From contig CAWECG010000003.1 in NCBI GenBank assembly GCA_963807605.1, forward strand, positions 960,001 through 1,024,000: a stretch of 64,000 bases of DNA, given 5' to 3'. Made by a program: the position numbers and the translations under genes. The notes beneath the pieces are model-generated. The model had not been told where the DNA came from, did no database searches, and saw nothing but the letters and a program-made list of their open reading frames with translations. Positions 40,701 to 49,550 of this stretch are shown here, piece after piece (the first letter of the stretch is position 1; each line of letters begins with the position of its first letter). The DNA comes from Candidatus Bathyarchaeota archaeon. Lineage in GTDB: Archaea > Thermoproteota > Bathyarchaeia > 40CM-2-53-6 > RBG-13-38-9.

Positions 40701-41023
40701 CTCTTTATCTTGAGATCTTCCTCAACCTTAACCTCTATAGGCAGTCCGTGGCAGTCGTAGCCAGGCTGATCTCTAACATCGCGGCCCATCATCCGCTGAT
40801 GCCTTATCACAACATCCTTCAGTATCTTATTCCAGGATGTACCTACGTGAGGCGGATTCGTGACATACGGCGGGCCGTCCAAGAAGTAGAACTTATTCCT
40901 ACCTTGGAGTCTCTGCTTGACCTTCTCGTAGATCCGGTTCTTGTTCCACCAGCGCAGAATCTCCTTCTCCAAAGCACTGGGGGAGTAGGCATGTGGTATC
41001 TTGCCAACAATGGATGCAGTCAA
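37760..41023 (-). CDS. ileS: Isoleucyl-tRNA synthetase
   Basis: DGPPY..HVGT, DCHGLPIE, WTTTPWTL, ISRQRYWG, KMSKS. Confidence 0.98.
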   Translation of the reverse strand: MTASIVGKIPHAYSPSALEKEILRWWNKNRIYEKVKQRLQGRNKFYFLDGPPYVTNPPHVGTSWNKILKDVVIRHQRMMGRDVRDQPGYDCHGLPIEVKVEEDLKIKSKREIEESITIKRFIEFCKCYAQENAKIQTRVFKDLGVWMDWDRPYLTYKNEYIESVWWIIQRAESKGLLQKGLKVVHWCPRCETALAGYEVTDEYRTVKDQSIYVKFPVEGEEKEYILIWTTTPWTLPANLAVMVNPDTDYSRVRVGDEVYILAEARRHAVFEGQPEEVLEIFKGNKLKGLKYRPPLRNEVPIQAKPREDNIHTIVLSKEYVSMEEGTGCVHCAPGHGEEDFEVGQVNHLPVMSPVDQTGRFTQEAGKYSGKYVFDANPEIVEDLKAKSLLLKTSVIEHPYPHCWRCKTPLILRATEQWFIKITDLKQRLFEENEKISWTPDWAGTRRFKDWLLGARDWVISRQRYWGSPMPIWICQNCGRRTVIGSERELRQRASNLQGPIELHRQDVDPIKFDCECGGSMSRVPDIVDVWMDSGVASWASLQYPRIEVEFKKWWPADLIIEAHDQTRGWFYSQLGAGLVAFDSSPYKAVLMHGHTFNTEGQKMSKSQGNFISPNDIVQKYGRDALRLYELQRTVWEDFNFSTTTVEDTMKDLKVVWNIYAFASIYMNLDQFEPEEWPVWEGNLRPEDKWLVSKTESLKLLVQKELESLNIHKAARVLSQFAVEDLSRWYIKLVRRRFWQEKESPDKLASYSTLYHALKTWLLLSAPFTPFITEKIYQEMIKPAEASPLESIHMCRYPEPKINWIEPSLEENMELTKELISAALSARQTARIKLRQPISKIIIVTEEPTVQRAAEEFEQVIYSQANTRKIEFVAVEEEEKLKTLKVSPNYKALGPTFKGETNVIAEAIKRLDGREIFEELKEKGTYDLKVEERTVTLDSEMVTFREEMAENFIPGTFSKGRVYVDTTMPKRLLAEGLVRDIVRRMQEMRRQMSLPVDAYVSAYVVPPGKAELESLKKKEDYICEEVRAKNLNFLGKGQKRPKVELSREWLIDGRDYFIGMHRIQKRAIKKKRAQSRIVRKRPGKRSIK

Positions 41024-41149
41024 CCGAAGCCACTCACATCATAAAGGCGTCTGGACCTTATATTTTAGCCTCAGAGGGAACTCTTAACTCGACCACAACA
41101 CGAATAAGGCGCATCAAAATCTCCCGATAGCATTCGTGAGGAATCCCTG

Positions 41150-41398
41150 TTGACAACGCCAAGGGCTAAGCTTTTCGGTTCCGCATGTAACCTGAAGCAA
41201 GGGATTCTCAGTAAAGCTAGCGATCTTAAGGCCTCACTGGCCAGTATTCCAAGAGCTTCGTACCTCAATCTTCTCTGCATTATTATTATAACAGCTGCGG
41301 CGGCTCTTCTCCGTTCTTTGCCTTTGAGATGGGGAAAATATCTGACTGAATTTGACCCCTATGTGCAGTATAGGCAGACCGAATATACAGTCAATTGA
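41150..41398 (+). pseudogene. aglB: Oligosaccharyltransferase AglB/STT3 N-terminal fragment
   Basis: TM helix then LRSLPLRWGKYLTEFDPYVQYRQTEY (STT3 EFDP motif), then a stop and an AT-rich tract. Confidence 0.85.
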
Positions 41399-41641
41399 GG
41401 TAGTTGATAGAAAAATAATTATTGATTAATAATTATGTTATTGTCAGGCCTCGAGAAATCTCCTCGCCAAAGCGCTGTCCCCTAAGGTGGACGTTAGCGC
41501 GATTGAGGATAGCCTGGATGCGAAGCCATAATGCCCCACCAGTGGGCGAATAGGCGCATGCCAAACATACTCATCCAGGAACAAAGATAGAAGAGGGGCC
41601 TTCACATAGGCGCGCTTCCAGGGGCTCAGTAGACTGCCGGC

Positions 41642-42403
41642 TCAAGATATGTAGCTGGTAGTCTTCTCAGAGATGCTGCCTTTCAGGGCGAGATCCATCT
41701 TATCCTCAGCTTGGCGCACTTTCAACTCTATCTCATCCATCCTCACGATATCCCTATCAATGCCTTCAAAGTTGACATCGATCCCCAGTAGTCTAGTCAA
41801 GATCTTCAGGACATTCTTGGCAGCTTTGGGATCTGGCACGTAGCCAACCGTCTCCCCCAGCAGGCATATGGCGGGTAGATCACGAGGCTGTGCTAGCCCC
41901 AATATCAGCCCAGATACCCCTACCACCGGTATACCTGACCTGTTGACTACCACGCCTAGTTCAGTCAGCTTATTTACTATCTCGATCTTTGTCGCTGCGC
42001 CGATGACCTTTGCTTCATCTTTTTTCTCTGAGCTGTAGCCTCCGACAGTAACTATGAGCTTGGCTGAGTGTTCAGCCGCGTAATTCATGATTATATCCGC
42101 GATCTCATACTGGCCTACTGAGGTTTGAGGTTGGCAGTCGCCCGTTATAACAAGTATCTCTTTTCTATCGGTCCTGCTGCGCCAGTGGTATAATTCATTT
42201 CTGGGGAGTCTGACCAGTCCTTTTCTATCGACTATCGCGTAGTAAGGGAACTGTGGGGAGTAGAGTGTTGCTATCCTCTTGGCTTTGAGGCTCCTGATGA
42301 CCTCTTGAGCTACTATTCTACCCACAGATCCTAGACCGGGCAGACCTTCTATGATCACAGGTTCACGGGGTCTGATCTTCGATTCTACCATTGAGGTCTT
42401 CAT
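41642..42403 (-). CDS. PAC2-family proteasome assembly chaperone
   Basis: EGLPGLGSVGRI, TGDCQP, GGY, CLLGET, DPKAA; usual position after nop10. Confidence 0.92.
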   Translation of the reverse strand: MKTSMVESKIRPREPVIIEGLPGLGSVGRIVAQEVIRSLKAKRIATLYSPQFPYYAIVDRKGLVRLPRNELYHWRSRTDRKEILVITGDCQPQTSVGQYEIADIIMNYAAEHSAKLIVTVGGYSSEKKDEAKVIGAATKIEIVNKLTELGVVVNRSGIPVVGVSGLILGLAQPRDLPAICLLGETVGYVPDPKAAKNVLKILTRLLGIDVNFEGIDRDIVRMDEIELKVRQAEDKMDLALKGSISEKTTSYIS

Positions 42404-42557
42404 GGCGACTCGGTTTCTGCACTCTGTAGCGTGCATACTTGTCTGTTGGTGAGAATTTTGACGGGATCGGGCTCACAGTCTCAACGTTACACTTGGGGCA
42501 GATGTCCTTGAGCGTATATTCTCGGCATCTAGTACATCTGCGTATTTGCCATTTCAA
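42363..42557 (-). CDS. nop10: H/ACA RNP protein Nop10
   Basis: C..C.EYTLK..CPKC, P.KFSP.DKY..YR. Confidence 0.95.
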   Translation of the reverse strand: MKWQIRRCTRCREYTLKDICPKCNVETVSPIPSKFSPTDKYARYRVQKPSRHEDLNGRIEDQTP

Positions 42558-43339
42558 TCTAGCTGGCGTCCCGCTCCTCCCAGGTTTCGGATAGAGTTCA
42601 AGGCTTCATTCACGGCATCTTGCAGAATCTTCTCAGCTTCAGAATAGTCTCTCGCGATGACCTCGATCCTATACTTCGGAGCCCCGATGGTGTAGATGTC
42701 TACCGTGGCATCCTTTGGCGTCTTGATTGTCTTTGCGTTTATGAGGGCGGTCTTGATCTGATCGATCCCATCAGGTTTCAGGCTGGAGATCTCGACTGTC
42801 GCCTCAACTTCTGCGGTCTCGATCTTGATCTTTTGCTTGGCAGTCTCAGCCAAGGCTGATGCCCATTCAGGCGATATATCGAGCTTCGTGAATGTCTTCT
42901 CGCCCATCTCAGCGGACTCTTCTAGTGCATCGAAGATATTCGTATACTTCGATAGGATCTTGTTCTTGATCTCCTCGATCTTGTCCGGGGTCGTGCTTAA
43001 TTTCTCGGATGCAAATTTGAGTATCGACTCCGCCCTCTTGTTCTTCTTCCAGTCGAGTAACTTCTCGGTCTTCTCTCTGCCGGTTACTCTTCTAAGTGAG
43101 AGGTCTATCTGTCCCTTCTGAGGATTAACTCTGAGGACTTTGAGAACTAGCTTCTGTCCTTCTCTTGCATGGTCTCTTATGTTCCTGACCCAGGTAGTAG
43201 ATATCTCTGAGATATGTACCAGAGCCTCTCTGCCATTGAACTCATCGAGTTTAACGTAGATACCGTAGTCAGTTAGTCTCGTTACGGTAGCTATTACGAC
43301 ATCCCCGACTTCCGGGTATCCTTGGAACGAGATCCTGAT
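42554..43339 (-). CDS. eif2a: Translation initiation factor 2 alpha (probable ATC start)
   Basis: Open frame YPEVGDVVIATV..YGIYVKLDEF..LVHISEIST.WVRNI..IDLSLRRV..YTIGAPKYRI; the ORF track shows only the last 117 aa. Confidence 0.93.
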   Translation of the reverse strand: MRISFQGYPEVGDVVIATVTRLTDYGIYVKLDEFNGREALVHISEISTTWVRNIRDHAREGQKLVLKVLRVNPQKGQIDLSLRRVTGREKTEKLLDWKKNKRAESILKFASEKLSTTPDKIEEIKNKILSKYTNIFDALEESAEMGEKTFTKLDISPEWASALAETAKQKIKIETAEVEATVEISSLKPDGIDQIKTALINAKTIKTPKDATVDIYTIGAPKYRIEVIARDYSEAEKILQDAVNEALNSIRNLGGAGRQLD

Positions 43340-43345
43340 CCTCTC

Positions 43346-43540
43346 CTACGTTAGTATTTGTATGACCTCGCCCTTTATTGAGGCCTTTCCACCGGAGGGC
43401 TCAGCCAAGACCTCATCGCATACGTTACATCTGATTATTGTAGAGCATCTCTCGAACACAGTCTGTTCGTTAGAGCATTTAGGGCATCTTACTGTTAGGA
43501 AAGTGCTTTCTGGTTTGGGGATGAGACCTCTCTTGACCAT
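43346..43540 (-). CDS. rps27e: 30S ribosomal protein S27e
   Basis: P.S.FLTVRCPKC.NEQ..F, C..C..LAEPSGGK. Confidence 0.96.
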   Translation of the reverse strand: MVKRGLIPKPESTFLTVRCPKCSNEQTVFERCSTIIRCNVCDEVLAEPSGGKASIKGEVIQILT

Positions 43541-43544
43541 ATTC

Positions 43545-43823
43545 TCAGGCTCCTAGTTCCAGCTTTCTCAGCCTTATGCCCTTCTTCTGAAGTGTGAATC
43601 CACAAGTCTTGCATTTGAGCTTAAGAACTTGTTTCTTAGTAGTCTTTGCTGTACGTTTCAGTTCAGGCCATTTCTGGCCCCCATAGCCATGCTTCTCGCG
43701 TTCGTGCCTTCTCACTCCCCCGGCTAAGGTTCTTTCGCGTCCTTTCTTATAGACAGCGACAGCGTGTGGAGTGTGGTGTTTACATTTCGGGCAGAAAGTG
43801 TTGAGCTCCTTAGTCATCTTCAT
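43545..43823 (-). CDS. rpl44e: 50S ribosomal protein L44e
   Basis: FCPKCKHHT.H, GYGGQ, AKTTKK..L.C..C. Confidence 0.96.
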   Translation of the reverse strand: MKMTKELNTFCPKCKHHTPHAVAVYKKGRERTLAGGVRRHEREKHGYGGQKWPELKRTAKTTKKQVLKLKCKTCGFTLQKKGIRLRKLELGA

Positions 43824-43934
43824 GCTTACGCACCAAGCAGAGGCATAGTACAACGTCTATATGCGCTATTTATTCGTTTTTAAAGAATATGCGACGTGTC
43901 AACGTCTGTATTTACTCGGCTAGATCTGGATTTC

Positions 43935-44504
43935 TCAACGTTTCACTTCTATCTTCACCGCGGCTTTCTGACGAATCAGTGCCTCAGCGTTATCTCGAGG
44001 CAGTGTTGCTACATCTTCAGGCTCAAAGGGCCCATAAGTCTCCATGTCCACCGCCACAATGGCTGGAATCTTGGCCGTGAACCTGACCACGATTTTTTCA
44101 GTTTCCAAGTCTGCTTTGGCTCTTGAGTCGACGTTTCCCCCTTCGAGTATTCTCTCTCTCAAGTTATCATGATCCTCAAAGGCTTCCAGCACTCTCTTGT
44201 AGATCGCCGCCTCTTCCACTGCAAGTTGTTGTCGAGAAAGATCTTTGTGTTCAAAGCCACCACTGATCAGTTTCTGGAGTCTTGTCTCCATTAATGAAGA
44301 GAACAATTTTTGAGCATTGTCAAGCTCCATATTGAGAATACGATACTTTAGCGTCTTCTCGTCTAACATTCTGAGTTCTTCATGAATCTTCTTGATATAC
44401 TGACTGATCTCCGTGAAGAAATGAGGCTCAAGCGGCTGAAGATCTTCGGAATCGAACTTCTCTTTTCGCCAGGCACTGTAAAGTCTATTATGCAACTTGT
44501 TCAA
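43935..44504 (-). CDS. GINS subunit (Gins15/Gins51 type)
   Basis: LQPL..FF, RLQK, VRF...PAIVAVDMETYGPF.PEDVATLP..NA..LI; follows priS. Confidence 0.88.
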   Translation of the reverse strand: MNKLHNRLYSAWRKEKFDSEDLQPLEPHFFTEISQYIKKIHEELRMLDEKTLKYRILNMELDNAQKLFSSLMETRLQKLISGGFEHKDLSRQQLAVEEAAIYKRVLEAFEDHDNLRERILEGGNVDSRAKADLETEKIVVRFTAKIPAIVAVDMETYGPFEPEDVATLPRDNAEALIRQKAAVKIEVKR

Positions 44505-45747
44505 TCACCGGGTGTGCTCTACCTTTGCAGAGCATCAGAATGGCAGCTGCAGTGGGAACAGTAACGTCAACATCATTGAATGGTCCATATTCTTCTCCGC
44601 CTATCATAAATCGTGGGACCTCCTCAACGTGTACGGTCTCATGACCCTCAAAAACTGTAGCTCGCCTCAGCGGGTTGAACTGGGGAAGTTCATCCATCTT
44701 GACCTGCATTGCTCTGAAGCCCGTCTTTCCATTGAGAGTCTCTGGAAGTCTTATCAGTCTATGGGTATCTGTCGTCACGACGGTATCTATGTTTACAGAC
44801 TCTAAGGATGCTGCCTTATGGATAATCAGCTTCCAGGTGTGTCTTCCCACGCCTTCGATCGGTCGCCAATATGGTCTATCCCCTTTGGGTTCTTCGCTTC
44901 TTGATTTCACTATGGAGTCTACTGTCTTGCTCGCCAGATCCATTTTCTTGAGCGTTTCTTGGTCTGCTTCAAACAGGATATACTTCAGTCGTTTGGCCAG
45001 TCTCCCTCTCCAACCGGGATCGTTAGGTGTCGGGCCGTCGGCAATGTTAAGTCTTCCCTCGAGGTCGTATAGACCCAAGAGAGCTGGATCCAGTCCTGTA
45101 CCTGTAATGTAATCTGTCATCTCCTTTCTTTCTTCTGAGCTGAGACTTTTGACGTCTTCAGAGTCTACATGAAGGTGGTAGCCTCTGTGTCCTGAGAAGT
45201 TGGTTTTCATATGCTCGAGGCTTACTCCAAAATCTGAATTAAGTACGTTGATAAGCTTCAGGACCTCCTCCCTCGCCTTCTCCAAGCAATCTTGGCACAT
45301 CCAAATGTCTTCCCTGAAGCGCTGTCCTTTACAGTCTGGACAATTCTGTGGTGCCTTGCCATGACCTGAGGCTTTGCAACTCATGCAGACCCATCTATCA
45401 TGGATCTTCTTGCACTCTGTGTCGATATGATCGGCATCTATGTCGAAGATGAGGTCTGAGCCAATCCAGCCTTTCCTATCCATGGGTGACTCGGGATCGG
45501 TATAGTAAGCAGCCGAGTAGTAGACATCCGATGGGATCCTTGTCTCGATGAACTTTCTCAAGCCACTAATTTGCGTGAATGATCTGTGCCTAATCATTTG
45601 ACCTTCTGAAAATAAAAGGAAGCCGAATTCTCTCCTTTCCATTGTTTGCGGAGGAGAGATGGTGTCTTCGTTCTTCTTGTAGTATTCAGAGAACCTGAGT
45701 TTTATCAAAGATCGAGTTAGTTGCTTTAGGTTCTCTGAGTTCTTCAT
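44488..45747 (-). CDS. priS: DNA primase small subunit
   Basis: REFGF, DLIFDIDAD, FSGHRGYH, IDTVVTTD.HRLIRLP. Confidence 0.96.
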   Translation of the reverse strand: MKNSENLKQLTRSLIKLRFSEYYKKNEDTISPPQTMERREFGFLLFSEGQMIRHRSFTQISGLRKFIETRIPSDVYYSAAYYTDPESPMDRKGWIGSDLIFDIDADHIDTECKKIHDRWVCMSCKASGHGKAPQNCPDCKGQRFREDIWMCQDCLEKAREEVLKLINVLNSDFGVSLEHMKTNFSGHRGYHLHVDSEDVKSLSSEERKEMTDYITGTGLDPALLGLYDLEGRLNIADGPTPNDPGWRGRLAKRLKYILFEADQETLKKMDLASKTVDSIVKSRSEEPKGDRPYWRPIEGVGRHTWKLIIHKAASLESVNIDTVVTTDTHRLIRLPETLNGKTGFRAMQVKMDELPQFNPLRRATVFEGHETVHVEEVPRFMIGGEEYGPFNDVDVTVPTAAAILMLCKGRAHPVIEQVA

Positions 45748-45943
45748 GGGTCAGTTACCCTTCCATCCAGATCTCCACGTATGACTATTTAGATATCTAT
45801 GAAAGAGACCTATGTCTTATAATCAGACGATCATCGTAGGTGCGATATCTTTCGGCGGATCTCCCGTACTCGAGTCGCGAAGATGAGTGAGATTCTCGTT
45901 AGACACGCAGTTCAGGTTACCTAGGAGGTCAAGCACTCTTTGC

Positions 45944-46975
45944 TCAGGCTTTCCTCCTCGGAATAGTTCTTTTTCTTCTGTAGTACATCATAGGATGTCT
46001 AACCTTACCGCATAGTTCATCAGGCCCGGGGCATAATCCATGGGTCTTCAGCGTATCACATTTGGGAGGCGTATACTTGGTTCTGCCACCTCTTACGCCA
46101 CTTATGTGCTCGACCTGATATCTTGTCTTCCTTTCATCAAAGTCTGACGCCGACTTGAAGAAGCTCACTACTTCATCTTCTGTAGCACCTGTATTCACCA
46201 AGAAAGATGTCAGGGTGAACCTGCCGACGTGAGATAGCCTCCCGCCAGAGGATAGCGTGTCTAGTAATTTCTTGATACAGGGTGGCATATCTGCGACTTC
46301 CAAACCAAGAGTCTGCGCTTGGGTTTGGTAGGTACTTCCGCTTGATGCAAGTTCTCTTATGGATTTGATAGCCTCCTGAAGAGCGCTCGGTGGTTCGACA
46401 GTGGGACGCCTAGTTTTCTGAAGTATCTTTCTTTGAATCTCCTCCTCTATCAGTCGTGACGCCTCATCGCTTGTCAGTCTTACGTAACCTGATCCGAGGG
46501 TGCGGTTTGTGAGTTTCCATTTAAGTTCATTCAAATCGCAGGTATTGCTTAGAAAATCTTTGAAATGGAGAAGGAAATCTCCTTCTTGTCCTCCACCTTC
46601 ATCAAGATGCCTAATCTTCCAGCTGAAAGTTTCCTTTGCAATTCTAAGGATCTTGTCCGGAGGTTCATCCTTCAGTTTCTTAGAGAAGCTCTTTGACTCA
46701 GCGACAGCGTATCTTCTCTTGGAGTTCTCGCTGTCTGAGTACGCCATTAGCATGATGGCTGTCGGAAAAGACGGGACTTCTATGTTCGGATCCTCTTCTT
46801 GGGGTGAGAGCTCATCAGGCTTGAGCAGTGACTGTCGGATCCTCTGTTCCGCTCTCTTGAGGATCGCGCCATACGGTTCTGTGATCAAATCGCCAATTTC
46901 TATTCCGAGGTTCTTAACAAAGTCTGCTGCTTCATTTGTGAACGGATATCGTGCCTTATCTCTTTCCGAACTCAT
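45944..46975 (-). CDS. priL: DNA primase large subunit
   Basis: YPF, WKLTNR, PPCI, H.GRF, DFDE..TRYQVEH, Y.PP.C. Confidence 0.95.
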   Translation of the reverse strand: MSSERDKARYPFTNEAADFVKNLGIEIGDLITEPYGAILKRAEQRIRQSLLKPDELSPQEEDPNIEVPSFPTAIMLMAYSDSENSKRRYAVAESKSFSKKLKDEPPDKILRIAKETFSWKIRHLDEGGGQEGDFLLHFKDFLSNTCDLNELKWKLTNRTLGSGYVRLTSDEASRLIEEEIQRKILQKTRRPTVEPPSALQEAIKSIRELASSGSTYQTQAQTLGLEVADMPPCIKKLLDTLSSGGRLSHVGRFTLTSFLVNTGATEDEVVSFFKSASDFDERKTRYQVEHISGVRGGRTKYTPPKCDTLKTHGLCPGPDELCGKVRHPMMYYRRKRTIPRRKA

Positions 46976-46984
46976 TTAGTATTC

Positions 46985-47740
46985 TTACTCTGCCTCTATC
47001 CTCGGCGCCATATAATATGTGAGCCTTCCTTGTTGAGGCATCTCAAATTCGAGCCTTACCGGCATATTCGTTGAGAATTCCATCGAAGCAACCTCTGAGG
47101 TTGCCGATCCCGCCTTGACCATCTCGCCTAGGTAGTTGAGGTTGAATGTGGCAGCCGCATTTTCCTTGACGTCTAACTCGAGTAGGGCACCGTCATTCTT
47201 GGTTAGTTCCATACTTACGTTGCTCAATTCAGAAGTTGCCTTGACAAGGAGCTTATCTTGACTCGCCTCAAACCTGATATTGTCACTCACAGTCTCGCTA
47301 TCCTCGACAATCTCCTTCAGTGTCTCGGACATCAGTTTGATCTTAGCATTGAAGGTGAGTTTGGGTGTAGGGACCTCTTCTTCTACAGGTTCAAGTGTGG
47401 GCATAGTGAATTTCTTCAGTATCTTTCCTTTCAGAGTCAGATTGACCTTCTTGTTCTCCTCATCGTATGACATCTCTAAACTCTCTTCACTCTTGCCCCT
47501 TCTCAGGAGTTTGAGCATCGTGGAGACATTGACCCTAATGTTTGTGGGTTTGTCGCAGACATATTCCTCGAAGGCCACTTTGGGCCATTCAAAATCTACC
47601 ATCGCCACGTGAGAGGGGTCCATCGACCTTAACTTCAGACCTTCGCTGGTGGTGTTGAAATCTGCCTCCTCGATCAGAGTCGATATGGCTGTCAAGAGAT
47701 TCTTCCATATCTTAGCGTCTTGAACTACTGCTTTGAACAT
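46985..47740 (-). CDS. pcn: PCNA sliding clamp
   Basis: MDPSHVAMVD, YYMAPRIE. Confidence 0.97.
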   Translation of the reverse strand: MFKAVVQDAKIWKNLLTAISTLIEEADFNTTSEGLKLRSMDPSHVAMVDFEWPKVAFEEYVCDKPTNIRVNVSTMLKLLRRGKSEESLEMSYDEENKKVNLTLKGKILKKFTMPTLEPVEEEVPTPKLTFNAKIKLMSETLKEIVEDSETVSDNIRFEASQDKLLVKATSELSNVSMELTKNDGALLELDVKENAAATFNLNYLGEMVKAGSATSEVASMEFSTNMPVRLEFEMPQQGRLTYYMAPRIEAE

Positions 47741-47801
47741 AGATATCCCTAATCCTCCCTACTTGATTAAGCAAAAGGGCTTCTTTTCAGTTTTGGTCTG
47801 T

Positions 47802-48125
47802 CTAGGAGGTCTCACGCCAAGTCGAACCGCAGCGGACACATCTGAAGAACTGAGTTGATGATTCATCGGCGCCGCGTGTCTGCACAAGCCAGTAGAATGC
47901 CTCTGGATGGCCGCACTTCGGGCAGACTGCTGATGTCTTCGGTAGAGTCCTTATTTTCTGTTCCTCTCGACCGATGACGACTATCTTCTCCTTTTCATGC
48001 TTTATCTTTTCGACTTCTTTTGCGGCTTTCTTGGTTTCATAGTTGCACTTGGGACAGACAAGAACTACTTTTTTCTCTTTCTTAGTAGGTACTAGAGTCA
48101 TTCCACAATTCGGACAAAACTGCAT
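47802..48125 (-). CDS. tfs: Transcription factor S (TFS)
   Basis: FCPNCG, CPKCG, QTRGADE, FFRC..C..WRE. Confidence 0.95.
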   Translation of the reverse strand: MQFCPNCGMTLVPTKKEKKVVLVCPKCNYETKKAAKEVEKIKHEKEKIVVIGREEQKIRTLPKTSAVCPKCGHPEAFYWLVQTRGADESSTQFFRCVRCGSTWRETS

Positions 48126-48214
48126 CTTCTGGAGCAACCGTCCGTGCCATTACCCCGTGAGCCTCATTTAAGGATTACTGCAGATAACGGCAATTTGAAT
48201 GCAGCCACATCGTT

Positions 48215-48811
48215 TCACAGGATTGTCTCGGGCATCTGTTGAACTAACGTTCTTGCGAGTAAGCGTGCAACTCTCAAAGGGTCTGGAATGGCGCCTTGAA
48301 GGGTGAATCGATCAAGGATCCTTACGGCCTCCTTCCTGTCAAGTCCCAAGTATCGAGCAAAGACTGTCTTTCCAGTGTGGAGCCTCAGTTCTTCCCTTTC
48401 CCCATTCTCTTTGTATTGGGTAATCCTCTCTTCAGCTCTGGTTCCAAAGTATTCCAAGAAGTATTTCTCCAAGCCTTCAGATTCCTCATAGGTAGTGCAG
48501 ATCACGGGAAGGCCTGTGTCCTTGTGGACTCTCCCCAAGTTTATTATATTGAACCAGCTGATGATGCAGCCATTCAGAAATATGAAGTTGATATCCTCTC
48601 TGTGGAGCGTCTGGTAGAGCTCGATCACGCAGTCTGTTGCATCCATACCTCCAACAGTTGTTCTTGAGAAAGAGAAGCCATCCAGAATTAGGTCTGCACG
48701 CATGACGACTCCGGCAAGAATAGATTTCTTGCTCTTACTTTTAATGAAGCTCTCTGAAATGCCTAGGACTCTAACGCCTCTCTTATCGACATGTATCCTC
48801 GGAGTATTCAC
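48215..48811 (-). CDS. DUF99 family (endonuclease V-like) protein
   Basis: RVLGISESF, GGMDAT, GCIISWFNII, IPDPLRVA. Confidence 0.9.
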   Translation of the reverse strand: MNTPRIHVDKRGVRVLGISESFIKSKSKKSILAGVVMRADLILDGFSFSRTTVGGMDATDCVIELYQTLHREDINFIFLNGCIISWFNIINLGRVHKDTGLPVICTTYEESEGLEKYFLEYFGTRAEERITQYKENGEREELRLHTGKTVFARYLGLDRKEAVRILDRFTLQGAIPDPLRVARLLARTLVQQMPETIL

Positions 48812-48881
48812 CGTTACCTCCCCTAAGTAGTGCGTACTCCTATTCTAAACAATAGCTTTCTTGGAGGGTGCGCGGTTGGAC

Positions 48882-49256
48882 TCACGAATTGTGCAGCTGT
48901 TCTATTCGTTTTTTTGCGACATTTATCATTTGAGTGAAGCTTTCTTGAGGGTTCGGATTCTTCCTCAGAATTTCAATTGCCTCTTCACAAGCCATGAGCT
49001 TGTTCTGCCAAGCATAGACCAGAAGGGCCTCAGCAGCATTCGCAATCTCGTTTCTTCCCGTTCTCTTGGGAAGCATTCCCCTGAGTCCAGATGCCCTGGC
49101 TGCATCTGCAAGTATGCGATCGCTGACCTTAACCCCAGTTGGTTTACCTTGGATCTCGGTTAGCGCCAGAGAATAGATGAAATTAATATATGCGTCTCCG
49201 AGTCTTGCTAGGCCTTTGTCTACTAGGATCTTTTTGAGTTCGTCCGTTCCCATCAC
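48882..49256 (-). CDS. Archaeal RNase III-like (Mini-III fold) protein
   Basis: LARLGDAYINFIYSLA, ANAAEALLVYAW. Confidence 0.85.
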   Translation of the reverse strand: MMGTDELKKILVDKGLARLGDAYINFIYSLALTEIQGKPTGVKVSDRILADAARASGLRGMLPKRTGRNEIANAAEALLVYAWQNKLMACEEAIEILRKNPNPQESFTQMINVAKKRIEQLHNS

Positions 49257-49537
49257 GGACTTCCTGTAGCTTGTCTAAACTTCGTCAGGAACTCATCGGT
49301 TCTCTCTGTAATCTTCTTCAAAGCTCGTTCAAGCACTTTGCTTGGATCAGCATCTTTCTTTACCTTGAGGTAGACCACGGATCTTAGCGTCAGGGGATGT
49401 GGCATGTCGTATCCAGCCATCTTGATGCCACGCTCCTCCAGCAGAGTATTTTGAAGAAGGTTGCAGAAGGTATGTCCTTCCCCCTCTATCTCTAACCTCA
49501 ATTCATCTGCAGTCTTCTTGAGAATATTGATCTTCAA
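49253..49537 (-). CDS. rpoL: RNA polymerase subunit L (Rpo11)
   Basis: EGEGHTFCNLL, AGYDMPHPL; TTG start at 49537. Confidence 0.95.
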   Translation of the reverse strand: MKINILKKTADELRLEIEGEGHTFCNLLQNTLLEERGIKMAGYDMPHPLTLRSVVYLKVKKDADPSKVLERALKKITERTDEFLTKFRQATGSP

Positions 49538-49550
49538 GCATATCCCGTTC

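Noticed and set aside
41445-41630. Minus-strand LFLDEYVW peptide as an IS1595 transposase remnant
   Set aside because: Only a few residues resemble the motif; no terminal inverted repeats or DDE region
43346-43348. Genome-wide amber (pyrrolysine) recoding to explain the S27e/aIF2a junction
   Set aside because: TAG ends many genes at their expected C-termini (sua5, radB, tfs, rpoF, rsmA), and no pyl genes are seen
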